64,000 nucleotides of DNA from Eledone cirrhosa (GCA_964016885.1 OZ024748.1:16244001-16308000), one strand, 5' to 3'. Counted from the first letter of the stretch, positions 27,076 to 39,351 are shown. The notes: generated by a model not told the origin, from the letters alone. Translations and numbers: made by a program.

Positions 27076-27251
27076 GAATATACATATACAATATATATAT
27101 ATATCTATCTATCTATCTAAGGCGGGTAAAATTCCCGAGATCCATGGACGAGTTCTCTCCAGCGGTCCCTGTCCCCCATTATCGCTGCCATATCCTGCGT
27201 CTCCAATTATATATATGCTACTTTTTATATATATATATATATATCTGTGAA

Positions 27252-27284
<33 letters not shown>

Positions 27285-27545
27285 CATCATTATCATCGTT
27301 TAACGTCCATGTTCCACGCTTGTATGGGTTTGGACGGGAGTTTTCCCACTTGAGGCAAGAGTGGTTGTCTTGCTCGCATAGGACTGTCTGGCGGCTTTTC
27401 TACAGCTGGATGCCCTTCCTAACACCAACCACATTTACAGTGTGGCACTGGGAGGTTTTTACCGTGTTGCCTACACGGCCACATTACAGCGTGGACTGTC
27501 TGGCGTGTTTTCTACAGCTGGATGCCCTTCCTAACACCAACCACA
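27285..27545 (-). mobile_element. RTE 3'UTR fragment with internal duplication
   Basis: Nearly identical to 11490-11705. Confidence 0.8.
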
Positions 27546-27931
27546 TATATATATATATATGAAGGCACATGGCTTAGTGGTTAGAGCATTGGATTTGCAA
27601 TCGTGAGGTTGAGAGTTTGATTCCTGGACCATGTCATGTGTTGTGTCCTTGAGCAAGACATTTCATTTCAAGTTGCTCCAGTTTACTCAGCTGTAAAAAT
27701 GAGTTGCAATGTCATTTGTGTCAAGTTGTATTGTGTGCCACTGCCCTTCTCTTGGACACATCGGTGGCATGGAGAGGGGAGACTGATATGAATGACCAAC
27801 TATTGGTCTTCCACAAACAATCTTGCCCTGACTTGGGCCATGGATGGGAATTTTCTAGGTACAAATCCCATGGTCATTTGTGACTGAAGCAGTGTCTTTT
27901 ATATATAATATATATATATATATATATAGTC

Positions 27932-28104
27932 TTAATATAGATGAGATTCTACAGGACTAGAACTGTTTCATTCTTTAGAAATCATCATGAACAATGAAAC
28001 AGTTCTAGTCCTGTAGAATCTCATCTATATTAAAACTTTTATACTCTGCAATGTATTGAGTACCTTACTTACTGTGGTTACCTCCGATTCAACCCGGAAT
28101 AACG
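27932..28104 (+). mobile_element. Fold-back family F1, copy 2
   Basis: Perfect arms TTAATATAGATGAGATTCTACAGGACTAGAACTGTTTCATT / AATGAAACAGTTCTAGTCCTGTAGAATCTCATCTATATTAA plus the family tail, between (TA)n tracts. Confidence 0.75.
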
Positions 28105-28107
28105 TAC

Positions 28108-28157
<50 letters not shown>

Positions 28158-28348
28158 GTGAAAGAGTGAAGAATAACATGGTCGGCTGTACAAAAAGGGT
28201 TTTATTTACAGTATTGACAATTGTTTCATTGATCAGATGAGTCTAAAGACAGTTATATATATATATATATATATATTATATAAAAAAGACACTGCTTCAG
28301 TCACGGTAAACAGTGAACGCTATGTGTTGTCCTTCTCCAAACAAACCT

Positions 28349-28395
28349 TTTCTACAGGATTAGAACTGTTTCATTCAAAGGAAATCATCAGGAAA
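28349..28395 (-). ncRNA. Putative type I hammerhead ribozyme in F1 copy 3 (element 28349-28513)
   Basis: Minus strand UUUC-CUGAUGA-uuuc cuuu gaau-GAAA-cag uucuaauc cug-UA-GAAA. Core intact, but stem II is weak (U-U at its base). Confidence 0.55.
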
Positions 28396-28557
28396 CGGCT
28401 TTCTTTATGATTTCCTTCAGTTCTAATCCGGTAGAAGCCATTCTATTAAATTTGATGTATACACTATACTAATCTATTTACTCTGGTTACTATTGATTGA
28501 ACCTGGGAATCACATGCAAAAACACACACATATATATATATATATATATATGTATAA

Positions 28558-28887
28558 TGGCTTAGTGGTTAGAGCATTGGCCTTGCAATCGAAAGGTTGT
28601 GAGTTCAATTCTCAGGCCGGGTGATGTGTTGTTTCCTTGATTTCCTTTATTTCACATTGCTCCAGTTTACTCAGCTGTAGAAATGAGATGATAGGGACTA
28701 GCGTCCCTATCATCCCACTGCAAAGTGGTCGTGGAGGCGCCACGGCAAAAAAGCACCCAGCACTCACTGTAAATGAGGTTGGTGTTAGGAAGGGCATCCA
28801 GCTGTAGAAATCAAGCCAGCATCAGTTCCCGTCCCACCCTTGCAAGCAGGGAAAAGCGGACGTAAAATGAAATGATGATGATGATGA
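28558..28887 (+). mobile_element. SINE B
   Basis: Near-full copy with (GAT)n tail. Confidence 0.88.
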
Positions 28888-28899
28888 TATATATATACA

Positions 28900-29067
28900 C
28901 AACAGGCTTCTTTAGTTTCCATCTATCCAAATTCCACTGATAAATTATTTGCCAGCCTGAGGCTACCTACAGTAGAAGACAGTCGACCAAGATGCCACAC
29001 AGTTGGGCTGAAGCTACAACCACACGGTTGCATAGTGAACACTTTAACCACACAGCCATACATGCAT
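28900..29067 (-). mobile_element. Degenerate tRNA-SINE family D; another copy at 59697-59800 (+)
   Basis: Head GGCTGTGTGGTTAA...AACC..TGGT...TGGCA.CTTGG...TCTTCTACTG shared by both copies. Confidence 0.65.
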
Positions 29068-30361
29068 CCGTTTGTTTAAAAGTTACACAATATCATTTTA
29101 TTAATTTCTCTCTCACTCAATATTACAGAAATTAATTTACTGGAAATGACTGTGGAGACAAGTTGTTGAATGTTTATGAACTTCATTTATTTTATATTTT
29201 CAACAATCTGGCTGAAAGTTTGCATGTATTGAAAGAAGCTAATTTTGATAAAATTGAATCTTTTAAACAAGTTGTTTACAACAATTCTACACAAACAGTG
29301 AAAGTTTAAACTTTTATCATGTTCTCTGACCAAATTACAAAAATAAGGTGATAAATAAATTTAAAAAAATGACAAATTACACTTAAAGAATAAACAAAAA
29401 TATATAAAACAAAGCAATATTATTGTATTATTGTATTAAAACCATCATATTATTACCATATATCGTTACTACTATTATTAAAAAAAAAAAAATAAAATAA
29501 AGAAACCGCTATTATAACATTATTATTACCCTTATCATTATTATTATTATCATCATCATTATTATATATCAACATCATCAAAATATAATATCACCAAAAT
29601 TAGCATTATCATTTTTAAATGCAACATCATCTCCATTATTATTATTTTCTTCATCATTATTATTATTATTATTATTTTAAAATGTGTGTTAGTTTAAAAA
29701 TCTCTTTTCCTTCCTGGAAATTTGAAGAAATAATAATATTGTTATAATAATTGTAAAGCAAAGCATTCATTGCATGCAGTCCATAAATATTATTATCTCT
29801 CTCTCTCTCTGTATCTTAAACATAAAGTGTCATTGCAAACCACTTGAAAAGAAATGATGGTGGGGGAGTAATATGTCAGCTAAGGAAGAGCCGGGTGAGA
29901 CAACAAATATTGAAAATATAAGAATGACCAATTTACATTCAGTGTCTTCAGTTTCATTCCCATGGCATGAATAAAAGAATGCATTTGACATTTCCAGAAT
30001 GTCAATATTTTTCACCAGTATTTAATTATTTCTCGACACCTGACATGGATTTTCAGAACAATTTCCCTTCTTATTAAAACATGTGCTTCCTCTTATTCAC
30101 TTGTCAGTTAGATGAGTATCAACACCGGCACAACCATTTAATGTGAAATAGCAACAAGAAAAATATTATTAAATGAAAATAAATAAATAATAAATATTAT
30201 AAATATAATAATAAATTAAAATAAAATAAAATAAAATAAAATAAAATATGAGGTAATTTTCATTCAAGCTTTCTTTACACAGAATTTGATGTGTCCTGCA
30301 TGTAATTAAAATTTGATTACCGGTAACACTATGCAGTAAATGTGTGTGTGCAAATAAATAA

Positions 30362-30392
<31 letters not shown>

Positions 30393-30670
30393 CATGAAAA
30401 ACAAACATTGAATATATAAAAATGTTTTAGTATATGAATATGTAAATAAATGTATATATACATGGAAAACAAACACTTTGTTTATGTATGTGTCAAGCCA
30501 ATCGGCAGTGAAACATATGTAATATGTAATTAAATATGTATATGATGCAATACTGATTCTTTGTTCCCATTTAATATTATTATTATTATATATATATACA
30601 AACACACATAAAAACATTGAGTATTTTATAAATACATATATACACACACACACATGAAAAACACAAACAT

Positions 30671-30707
<37 letters not shown>

Positions 30708-30709
<2 letters not shown>

Positions 30710-31390
30710 TTATCATCATTTTACGTCCACTTTTCCCTGCTTGCAAAGGTGGGACGGGAACTGATTCTGGCTTGATTTCTACAGTTGGATGCCCTTCCTA
30801 ACACCAACCTCATTTACAGTGAGTGCTGGGTGCTTTTTTGCCGTGGCACCTCCACAACCACTTTACAGTGGAATGATATGGACCCCAGTCCCTATCATCT
30901 CATTTCTACAGCTGAGTAAACTGGAGCAATGTGGAATAAAAGAAATCAAGGAAACAACACATCACCCGGCCTGAGAATTGAACTCAACCTTTCAAGGCCA
31001 ATGCTCTAACCACTAAGCCATGTGCCTCCATATACACATATATATATATGGAGGCACATGGCTTAGTGGTTAGAGCATTGGCCTTGCAATCGAAAGGTTG
31101 TGAGTTCAATTCTCAGACCGGGTGATGTGTTGTTTCCTTGAGCAAGACACTTTATTTTCACATTGCTCCAGTTTACTGAGCTGTAGAAATGAGATGATAG
31201 GGACTGGGGTCCTTATCATTCCATTGCAAAGTGGTCGTGGAGGTGCCACGGCAAAAAAGCACCCAGCACTCACTGTAAATGAGGTTGGTGTTAGGAAGGG
31301 CATCCAGCTGTAGAAATCAAGCCAGCATCAGTTCCCGTCCCACCCTTGCAAGCAGGGAAAAAGCGGACGTAAAATGAAATGATGATGATG

Positions 31391-31391
<1 letters not shown>
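30708..31391. mobile_element. Head-to-head SINE B pair (30708-31029 minus, 31050-31391 plus)
   Basis: Two full copies separated by a 20-nt TA/CA spacer. Confidence 0.92.
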
Positions 31392-31429
<38 letters not shown>

Positions 31430-31689
31430 TATAATGTAAAGACATTAACACTTAGTAAACCTAACATTACTTACCATATTTCCTGCTGTCAAAGACACTA
31501 CTTTTTTTCCTAAAATAAGTCTCAAAAATCTACCATGAATCCTAGAGGCCGAAGGTTGTTTATTATTTTTTTCCAAATTTTTGGTTGTCGAAATTAGGGT
31601 GCATCCTTGAGGATGCAGCATTTTCGGTGCTAGGAAATATGGTAATCTATGTCCAAATATCAGAATACCAGCCACACAGAAGCTCTGAG

Positions 31690-31880
31690 TATCAGGGCAG
31701 TTCAGATTAGGGAGAGGCCCCAGGAAGTTTAGGTTTGGGAGGCCCAGGACAGTTCAGGTTTGTAGGGGGTACCAAGGCAGTGTAGGTTTCTGGGTCCCGG
31801 TGCAGTTCAAATTTGGGGGCCCAGGGTAGTTCAGGTTTGTGAGGAAGGGGTCCTGAGGCAGTTCAAATATGGAGGACGAA
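31690..31880. repeat. Degenerate ~30-35-bp minisatellite (GGCAGTTCAGGTTTG)
   Basis: Motif recurs about 6 times. Confidence 0.6.
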
Positions 31881-32039
31881 GGGCTGTTCCTAAGGCACGG
31901 GGGGAGGGGGGCTCTTTAATAAGGGCTCCCCAAGGACATTCGCTGATAAATCCCTGATAAATATAATATGGCCTCCATCCCTTGATAAATATGTCCCTGC
32001 CGTGTACCCTAATCTTTGTATAAATATTCTGAGGTTATT

Positions 32040-32390
32040 CCACATAATGCATTCTTCATAAATGATTCCCTTTCTATATTCAATTGGCATCAGATTTCAC
32101 CACTATCACAACTGTCAACATGTATCATGAATCCTAGATATCGAAATTTCTGCAAACATTCAATTGCCTCTTCTCATTGTGCAGGAATTTAACATAACAG
32201 TTAATTTCTCTAAAACAAAATGAATGGTTATAGATAAAAATAGATAGAATAGATTATTTAAATCCCTTGACTCATCAATCTTCATCTTTCGGTTTCTCTT
32301 TTGCAAAGAATTCTTTTAATGCCGATAATTTCTTTTGAGATTAATGTTCATTCTTAGCATTACACAAATTTGTTACGAAATCCGCCATGT
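32040..32390 (-). pseudogene. Ancient RT (RTE-like) remnant
   Basis: Minus translation ADF...SQKKLSALKEFF, then IECLQKFRYLGFMI..D....EI, matches post-YADD RT motifs. Confidence 0.6.
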
Positions 32391-32606
32391 TTAACTTTTT
32401 TTAAAATCCAATAAAACCTAGTTATATCTAAAACAAATTAAGCAAAATAAAAAAATAAAAATACATATAAATATATTTATTAATTTCAAAACATGTGAAA
32501 ATTGAACTGTTGAACTGTTCAATTTTAAATATCTTACAAATCATGTTAACTCTTATAATGTATATTTTTTTAATGTTTCACATTATTTATATTATTTCTT
32601 TACTAT

Positions 32607-33092
32607 GGGTGGTGGATTGGCAGTATCAGTAGAGCCTCAGACACCATGCTTCATGGCATAGAGTTACGTTCCTTTACGTTCTGAGTTAAAATCCCACCGA
32701 TGTTAGCTTTGCCTTTCATACTTTAGGAGTTATCAAAATAAAGTACTAGTAAGGCACTGGGATCAGTTCAATTGATTTTCCCCTCCCAAAATTGTTGGCC
32801 TTGTGCCTGAACAGAAACAATTATTATTTTTTTGTGGATTGGCAGTATCAGTAGAGAGTTGGACGCCATGCTTTGCAGCAAAGAGTTACGGCCCTTTATG
32901 GCAGTGGATTGGCAGTATTGGTAGAGAGTCAGACTCTATGCTGTGCAGCATAGAGTTACGGCCCTTTATGGTCTGAGTTCAAATCCCGCCAAGGTTAACT
33001 TTGCCTTTCATCCTTACGGGGTCGATAAAATAAAGTACCAGTAATGCACTGGGATAATTGCTGGCCTTGTGCCAAAAGTAGAAACAATTATT
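32607..33092 (+). mobile_element. SINE A cluster (32607-32825, partial head 32835-32899, 32900-33092)
   Basis: SINE A consensus. Confidence 0.85.
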
Positions 33093-33427
33093 CCACACTA
33101 GTATGAGTTAGATGAGTTCCAAGTCCAATCAGATGACTGTGTCTTACTCATACAGAACTGTTTCTGGTTTGGTTTCTACGGCTGATGGCTGTCTCTAGTT
33201 TTCATCTACCAAATTACACTTACAAGGCATTACTCAATGAGAGAAATCTCTCAGAGAAGCAATATTATATATTAAAATTAAATGAGAAATAACTAATTCT
33301 GCGAGTATAAACAAGACAGACGAAAATATGTTTTTATCCATCTTTGCTTATAATTGGTGTTGGATGCTTAAAGTGTCCGTATGCGGTAGACCGTATGAGC
33401 ACTCAATGCCCTCATAGAGCAGAGTAT

Positions 33428-33767
33428 GATATCACAGAAAAAAGAGAATCAGTGTTGCAATGAAAGGAATTTATTGGACATATTACAATTGTTTCTCGGG
33501 TGACCAGTTCGAGGCACGATCGATGCAATGATCAAACCTGACTCTGAAATCACGCGGTCCTTGGAAACGTCTCGATTCTATGAAGCAGATGTTCCTATAG
33601 GAAAATCTGCTTCATAGAATCGAGACATATCCGAGGAGCGCGCGATTACAGAGTCAGGTTTGATCACCACATCGATCGCACCTCGAACTGGTCACCCGAG
33701 AAACAATTGTAATATGTCCGATAAATTCCTTTCGTCGCAACACTGATTCTCTTTTTTCTGTGATATC
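33428..33767. repeat. 340-bp imperfect palindrome without spacer (fold-back element)
   Basis: GATATCACAGAAAAAAGAGAATCAG... mirrored about CCTA|TAGG at 33597/8, with about 15 mismatches. Confidence 0.95.
33624..33718 (+). ncRNA. Putative type I hammerhead ribozyme, U4C core variant
   Basis: GACAUAU-CCGAGGA-[62-nt stem II region]-GAAA-CAAUUG-UA-AUAUGUC: perfect 7-bp stem I, palindromic stem III, GUA site. Confidence 0.6.
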
Positions 33768-33967
33768 TTTGTTTATATATAGATATCCTTACCATGGTTT
33801 CATATGGGGAAGAATTATTATTGGAACTACCAATAATTCAAGAATCCATCATACTCTTCAGGGGAGTAAAAATTCTTCAAGAGAAATTGAACAAGAATTT
33901 AATCATCATCATCATCGTTTAGCATCCATTTTCAGAATGTGGGTTAGACCGGTTGTCCTGTTTTAGG

Positions 33968-34018
<51 letters not shown>

Positions 34019-34204
34019 ATGTGTGTGTGTGTGAAGAATGTAAACAGAAATAACAACACAATCGGTACAGTATATGGAAGGAACATATTAGGTTAACGCT
34101 TGAAATAGCAGGAAGAAGGTCAGAATGTTCCGGCCACCAATGTGGGATTCTATGTTTGGTATTTCACCGTAGTCAGTACCCTGAAGAAGCAGAGTGTTAA
34201 TAAA

Positions 34205-35000
34205 AATAACAATAATTTAGGGGGAGTAGAAAGAGGATAAAATCGACCCCCAGTGCATAGCTGGTAGTTTATTTAATCAACCCCATAAGGATGAAAGGCA
34301 AAGCTAACCCGAGCAGTATTTGAACTCTGAATGTAAAGGGCTGTAACTCTATGCTGCAAAGCATAATGTCTGACGCTCTTAATGATACTGGCAATCCACT
34401 GCCATAATAATAATAATAATTGTTTCTACTTTAGGCACAAGGCCAGCAATCAGAAGGGAGGGGGGGGGGATGTCGATTAAATCGACCCCAGTGCATTACT
34501 GGTACTTTATTTTATCGACCCTGTAATGATGAAAGGCGAAGCTAATATGGGTGGTATTTGAAATCAGAACATAAAGGGCCGTAACTATGCCACGAAGCAC
34601 GTTGTCAGTTGCTCTACCAATTCTGCCAAATCAATCACCCTAATAATAATAATTGTTTCTATTTTAGGCACAAGGCCAGCAAATTACTGGTACTTTATTT
34701 TATCGACCCCGTAAGGATGAAAGGCAAAGTCAACCTCGGCGGGATTTGAACTCAGATCATAAAGGGACGTAACTCTATGCTTCAAAGCATGGTGTCCGAC
34801 TCTCTACCGATACTGCCAAATAATAATGATAATAATAATGATTTCTACTATAGGCACAAGGCCAGCAATTATCCCAGTACATTACTGGTACTTTATTTTA
34901 TCGACCCCGGAAGGATGAAAGGCAAAGCTAACCTCGGCGGGATTTGATCCCAGAACATAAAGGGCCATAACTCTATGCTGCAAAGCATAGTGTCTGATGC
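34205..35000 (-). mobile_element. Array of four diverged SINE A copies separated by (AAT)n
   Basis: Units at ~34205, 34416, 34645 and 34835. Confidence 0.85.
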
Positions 35001-35283
35001 TGAGCAGGAATGAAGTATCAATATAATATCATGTAACAAATATTATTCTCTGTGTATATTTGCTAATTACATATTTGGTTGTTCAGTATGCTAAAATAAA
35101 TAAAAAAAATCTTAAAAAATGAATGTGGATGCTACTGATTTGATGTATGACTGGGAACAATGTTTGCTTGTCAGCAGATTTGTTGATATTGTTATAGTCA
35201 GCTGTCTTAATGTTTATTAACAGAAAAGACATTCCTTTGTATTTCAGGAGTTCAATAAAGAAATGAAGGCACATGGCTTAGTG

Positions 35284-36025
35284 CAGAGGTTCTCAAGGTG
35301 GGTGCTTCTGCACCCCATGGGTCATTGAGAATGTGCAGAGGGGCACTGGCGCCTAAGCGGGTGGTGGGCAGTAGAGATGATACAATAGTATATTAAATAT
35401 CAAATGATACATATTATATATAAATATAGTGGATTGGAAGTATCAGTAGAGTGTCGGACGCCATGCTTTCCAGCATAGTTACGTCCCTTTACGATCTGAG
35501 TTGAAATCCCGCTGAGGTTGACTTTGCCTTTCATCCTTACGGGGTCAATTAAATAAAGTACCAGTAATGCACTGGGTAATTGCTGGCCTTGTGCCTAAAG
35601 TAGAAACAATTATATATAAATATAGTAAAATAATAATATATAATATTTATTTATACATAGTATATATTTTATAATTTATTATATACTAAATGAGGTACCC
35701 GGTAATACTCGTGAGCGGTGGTTTGAGCCCCCGGGAACCCTTTAATTAAAATTAAATATACGTAAGAAATCAAAGGGGCATGGACTCCACACACGTGTCA
35801 AGTTTCATCAAGATCGGTTTGGTAGGTTTTGAGTTATAGGTTCACAAACAAACAGACAGAAATTGCCATTTATGTAATATATAATAGATAAATTAATGAT
35901 TTTATTTATTATATATTATTTACAATTTGCATGTAGGCATGTCTCTCTAGAAATAGGGCTGGGGGCACTGAGAGTATTGCATTGCCACGAGGGGCACAGT
36001 GGCCCAAAAGGTTTGGGAACATCTG
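35284..36025. mobile_element. hAT (Charlie-like) MITE in a SINE C head, hosting SINE A (35428-35612) and Helitron H2
   Basis: TIR CAGAGGTTCTCAA / TTGGGAACATCTG. 8-bp TSD GCTTAGTG at 35276-35283 and 36026-36033. Confidence 0.85.
35686..35888 (-). mobile_element. Short non-autonomous Helitron H2
   Basis: Minus strand A|TCTATTATAT start, (CAGA) block, degenerate hairpin and TTAG|T end. Same architecture as H1 and H3. Confidence 0.65.
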
Positions 36026-36129
36026 GCTTAGTGGGTTAAATGTTTGACTCATGATTGTAATGTTGTATAGTCAACCATACACACTGTGTAATGCTGAATC
36101 TCCCTGAGAACTGACAGAGGACCTTACAG

Positions 36130-36480
36130 CATGTAGTGAGTACATTTTCTATAGCACCAGCACTGCCACTTTAAAGCATGCACTGAGTGAATTTCATCAT
36201 ACCACCAGCATCACCACTTTAAATGTGCGCTGAATGCATTTTATCATGGTACCAGCACTACGACTTTAAAGCCTACACCAGGTCCATTTTATCATGGCAT
36301 CAGCACTAACACTATACAGAGTGGACTGGGTGCATTTTATCATGGCACCAGCACTACGACTTTAAAGCCTGCACCGGGTCCATTTTATCATGGCATCAGC
36401 ACTAACACTATACAGAGTGGACTGGGTGCATTTTATCATGGCACCAGCACTACCATTTTACTGAGTAGACTGGGTGCATT
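36130..36480. repeat. ~44-bp minisatellite (CATTTTATCATGGCACCAGCACTA...)
   Basis: About 8 units, with an apparent dimeric higher order at 36240-36450. Confidence 0.8.
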
Positions 36481-36512
36481 GCAATTGTGACACCATATGC
36501 ATATATTATATA

Positions 36513-37017
36513 CAATTGTTTCTACTTTTGGCACAAGACCAGCAATTACCCAGTGCATTACTGGTACTTTATGTAAGGCTGAAAGGCAAAGTTAACCTCG
36601 GTGGGATTTGATCTCAGAATGGTGTCCGACCCTCTACCGATACCGCCAATCCACCATATGATATATAATATTCATGGAGGCACATGGCTTAGTGGTTAGA
36701 GCATTGGCCTTGCAATCGAAAGGTTGTGAGTTCAATTCTCAAACCGGGTGATGTGTTGTTTCCTTGAGCAAGACACTTTATTTCACATTGCTCCAATTTA
36801 CTCAGCTGTAGAAATGAGATGATAGGGACTGGAGTCCCTATCATTCCACTGCAAAGTGGTCGTGGAGGTGCCATGACAAAAAAGCACCCAGCACTCAATG
36901 TAAATGAGGTTGGTGTTAGGAAGGGCATCCAGCTGTAGAAATCAAGCCAGAATCAGTTTCCGTCCCACCCTTGCAAGCAGGGAAAATGCGGACGTAAAAT
37001 GAAATGAATGAAATGAA
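36513..37017. mobile_element. SINE A (36513-36656, minus, deleted) and SINE B (36676-37017, plus)
   Basis: Consensus matches. Confidence 0.85.
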
Positions 37018-37179
37018 TTCACTTTATCTTATGAAGGCTAAATGAGAATATTTTTGCCAGGGCAGAGAGTTAGATATTTGCAGCTCCTAGAATTATTAAC
37101 AGTGTTTGTTAATGGCTGAATAAATTGAAAATATTAATTATCTCACAGGTTACCCTGATGAGAATCCTCCTTTGATATT

Positions 37180-37580
37180 ATCACCATCATCATCATCACA
37201 ATTATCATCATAACCTCCACCATTATCACAATCATTATCACAATCCCACCATTATTACAATCATCATCACCATTATCATCATCTGCATAATCATCATTAT
37301 CAACATCCTCATCTTTACTATCATCATCATCATCATAATTATCATCATTATCATCATCTTTATCATGATGATGATCATCTTGATGATCATCTCCATAATC
37401 ATCATTATCATCAGCCTCATCTTTATTATCATCATCATCACCAACATCATAATCCATAATCATCATTATCATCAGCCTCATCTTTATTATCATCAGCATC
37501 ATCATCACCACCATCATCTCCATAATCATCATTATCCTCATCTTTATCATCATCATCATCTTCAACATTACAACCACAAA
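37180..37580. repeat. (CAT/TAT)n low-complexity tract
   Basis: Direct reading. Confidence 0.9.
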
Positions 37581-38636
37581 CATCTTTATCGCAGTGATGT
37601 ACATTTTATCCGAATAAAAAAAACAACAACTAATTTATGGAAACCTTATGAAACCTCTTACTTCTCTTCCAATAGCTAACCACACAGCTTTCTTTGCTAA
37701 TCTATTTAATGCAACAGAGTCAGTTATTAAACTTCTATTAATTTCAACGATCCATATTGCCTCTTTTCTGTCAAAGACACATTTAATTTGTGTTCTTGGT
37801 GGGCAGAAAATCACAAGGATATTGCTTTTTAAAAAATTAACTCACTCAAAAGTGCTGATTTTACATTGGTTGTTTGTATCCAATTCAGCAAAAAGCAAGC
37901 AGTGATAGTCTTTATATATCCATGTAAAATTTGATCCCATATAAAAATGTTGAGGTTGTTTGTTGATTATGTTTTCTACTCGGCAAAACCAAGCAGTGAT
38001 AGTGTGTATGGTATGTTATGGCCCTGTAACTCCTGGGGGGAGTCGTAGGGGTGTCGTATTGACATATGGCATTTCTTGAGCAGTTAAAGCCTGGCAGAGC
38101 CCATCTCTCACCAGGCCTGCATACAGCAGAGAGAGAGGAAATGAGAAAGAGATATAGAGGAAGAATCAACCCCAGTACTAGACTGGTACTTTATTTTATC
38201 GACCTCGGTGGGATTTGAACTCAGAGAGCAGAGAGTTGGAATGAATACCATAAAGCATTCTATTCATTGTACTAATGACTCTGCCAATTTACTGCCTGTG
38301 ATAGTGTGTCTACCCATATAAAAGTTTTGATGTGTTTGTTGTTTATATCCAACTCAGCAAAAATCAAGCTATGATAGTGTATATATATCTGTGTAAAATT
38401 TGATCTCATATTAAAGTCGATTTCCAATATAAATTTTGATCAATTATTTTCAAGAAAAATTTATGGATATTTTTATGTATCTTGAATAAAAATCAACCCC
38501 GGTTCTTCAGGGAACAACAACAACATTTGTCAATCAAGATATTATCTTTACATTCTGTGTTTAAATCCTGCTGATGTCAAATTTGCCTTTCATCCTTCTA
38601 AGGTCAATAAAATAAAGTGCCAGTCAAGAACTAGAG

Positions 38637-38850
38637 CAGGCATGTCAAACTGAGGGTCCTCCATGGGTCACATGTGTTGCCTGAGAGCCACACACACACA
38701 CGACAACTAATTGCACACACAACAACTAATTTTTTAAATTTTATATTACAAAGATAAAGCATACTCATGCTGTAAAAACCTTTGTGCAGGCCGCAGGTGT
38801 GTTTGCAAAGGGCTGCATGTGGCCTGCGGGCTGCATTTTTGACATGCCTG
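38637..38850. mobile_element. hAT (Charlie-like) MITE inserted in a SINE A (38550-38922)
   Basis: TIR CAGGCATGTCAAA / TTTGACATGCCTG. 8-bp TSD AACTAGAG. Confidence 0.9.
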
Positions 38851-39223
38851 AACTAGAGTCAATTTAATCCATTTTTCCCTCCCCAAAATTGCTGGCCTTG
38901 TGCCTAAATTATAAATCATTATTTATGAGATTTGACCTTTTTTAATAACAATTAAGGCATGTAGCTTAGTGGTTAAAGAATTGGATTTGAAATCATGAGG
39001 TTGCAAGTTTGATACCTGAACCAAGCGATGTGTTATGGTCTTGAGCAAGACATTTTATTTCATGTTGCTCTTTCTGCCAGGAGTTGTGAATGGTAGGTAG
39101 TATCAGCAATTGCAAATATTGTTTCCTTGATTTGATTTGATGAGGTCCCCCCAACTCAGCAAGCAAATGAGGTATGAGATCTTGTTGATCGATTCCTATA
39201 TACATATACATGTGTGTATATAT

Positions 39224-39283
<60 letters not shown>

Positions 39284-39351
39284 CTCTATTACGTGTTCCA
39301 GCTGTCAGGCTGAAGCTATGCTGGGGCACTGTCATTATATATATAAATGAT

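Noticed and set aside
29830-30015. 61-aa ORF in unique sequence
   Set aside because: No recognisable motif or splice context; length expected by chance.
31050-31122. tRNA gene (TGC anticodon-like loop)
   Set aside because: Has A/B boxes but poor acceptor and anticodon stems, and continues into the SINE body.
36689-36928. Recurrent ~79-aa ORF MPFLTPTSFTVSAGCFF... (about 10 copies) as a small-protein family
   Set aside because: It is the antisense reading of SINE B and is broken differently in different copies.
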